64,000 nucleotides of DNA from Octopus vulgaris (Eukaryota). The stretch spans positions 29,202,001 to 29,266,000 of the forward strand of contig OX597829.1 of assembly GCA_951406725.2 (NCBI GenBank), in the 5' to 3' direction. Shown here piece by piece: positions 62,909 to 64,000 of the stretch. Both the position numbers and the translations under genes were made by a program. Every line of letters begins with the position of its first letter. Position 1 is the first letter of the stretch. The notes beneath the pieces were generated by a model. That model was given only the letters and a program-made list of their open reading frames with translations, searched no databases and was not told the origin of the DNA.

Positions 62909-63366
62909 TTAAGTAAAATGAAAGTACAAGACTCTCCCATCTCTGAAGACATCTGTCCATAACAATGTTACCCAAGTAAACCAACCACTGCTGCTGGACC
63001 AACCACTGCTGCTGGTACACATTTTCAGCAGAGTACACTGGAGCAATATGAAATGAAGTGTCTTGTTTAACAGAACAGAACATGCTGCTTAGTTCAGTAA
63101 TTGAACTCACAAGTCTAATAAAAATACTTGGTAATCATCATGATTCTGAAGTTGCAATAATGAGCTACAGCTATCAATGGCAGCTTCTATTTCTAAATGA
63201 GATAATTCAGAAAAAGTTATGTATCTAAATGATGATGGGATATTAATTGTTGACTCTTTGACTATTGACTCAACTAGTTTTCATTATTTCATAAGCCGTA
63301 TACTTAACTAACAATATTTAGAACAATCATAGAAACTGTCATTGTTCTCTGTGCAACTTTGAACAT

Positions 63367-63730
63367 TTTTATCTTTCACTTGTTTCAGTCATTAGACTGA
63401 GGCCATGCTGGAGCACCTCATTGCAGAACTTTCACTCAAATGAAACCCAGTACTTCTTTTTTTAAGCCCAGTACTTATTCTATTGTTCCCTTTTGCCAAA
63501 ACACTAAGTTACAGGGAATATAAACACACCTACACCAGTTGTCAAGCAGCGATGGGAGACAAACACACATACACTAAAGATGGGTTTCTTTCAGTTTCTG
63601 CCTAGCAAATCTACTCCACTTGGGTTGGCCCAAGGCTTTTGTAGAAGACACTTGCCCAATATGCCAAGCAATGGGGTTGAACCCTGAACAATGATGTTAA
63701 GAAACATGTTTTTTTTTTTACCACATAGCT
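63367..63730 (-). mobile_element. SINE family A, diverged
   Basis: Homology to 3363-3799. Confidence 0.8.
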
Positions 63731-64000
63731 ACAACTGAACAGATTTTCTTTCACCACAACTGAACAGACTTTCTTTTTATTATTATATGGGGGAAGAACA
63801 CCATCCATGACCCTTGAAAATCCTTCAAATCTCTGAGATGACGTTGATGTTTAGTTTGAATTTTTAATGGTCAATGTCTATAAGGGAAAAAAATATGGGT
63901 TAGGAAAACATTAGAGAGCTCTAGTTTTGGGATGATTAACTGATTGGGGGGGGGGGGTTTGCTTAATGTGAGAGCTGGAAGGAATCACAAGACAAGAGTT

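Noticed and set aside
62200-64000. ARID4 start exons or promoter
   Set aside because: No recognisable N-terminal Tudor exon (VSAKYRGAFCEAK-like) or CpG island here; they presumably lie beyond the window.

Overview
Eukaryotic, AT-rich, microsatellite-dense DNA. The SINE, LINE and microsatellite content suggests an octopus or other coleoid cephalopod (inference). The right ~40 kb holds 21 minus-strand coding exons (62183 down to the stop at 25028) of an ARID4A/ARID4B (RBP1/BRCAA1) orthologue: Tudor, RBB1NT, ARID, chromobarrel and C-terminal R2 coiled coil. Its first exons lie beyond the window, all inferred introns are GT-AG with consistent phases, the large polyQ/P exon carries one extra base (frameshift), and a ~5 kb 3' UTR is probable. 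The left ~20 kb is mostly decayed transposons: an L1/Tx1 LINE joined in frame to a 5'-truncated, PHD-bearing RTE LINE, Tc1/mariner and piggyBac relics (nested), Penelope-like ends, fold-back duplications, and many tRNA-derived SINEs and TTAA MITEs. The most notable non-coding signals are minimal type I hammerhead ribozyme motifs (7154-7199 and 2871-2926, with remnants at ~19205 and ~61675). One remnant lies in a tRNA-headed element flanked by inverted repeats. Exon boundaries were read by eye, and repeat boundaries are approximate. No CRISPR, rRNA or intact tRNA gene was seen.
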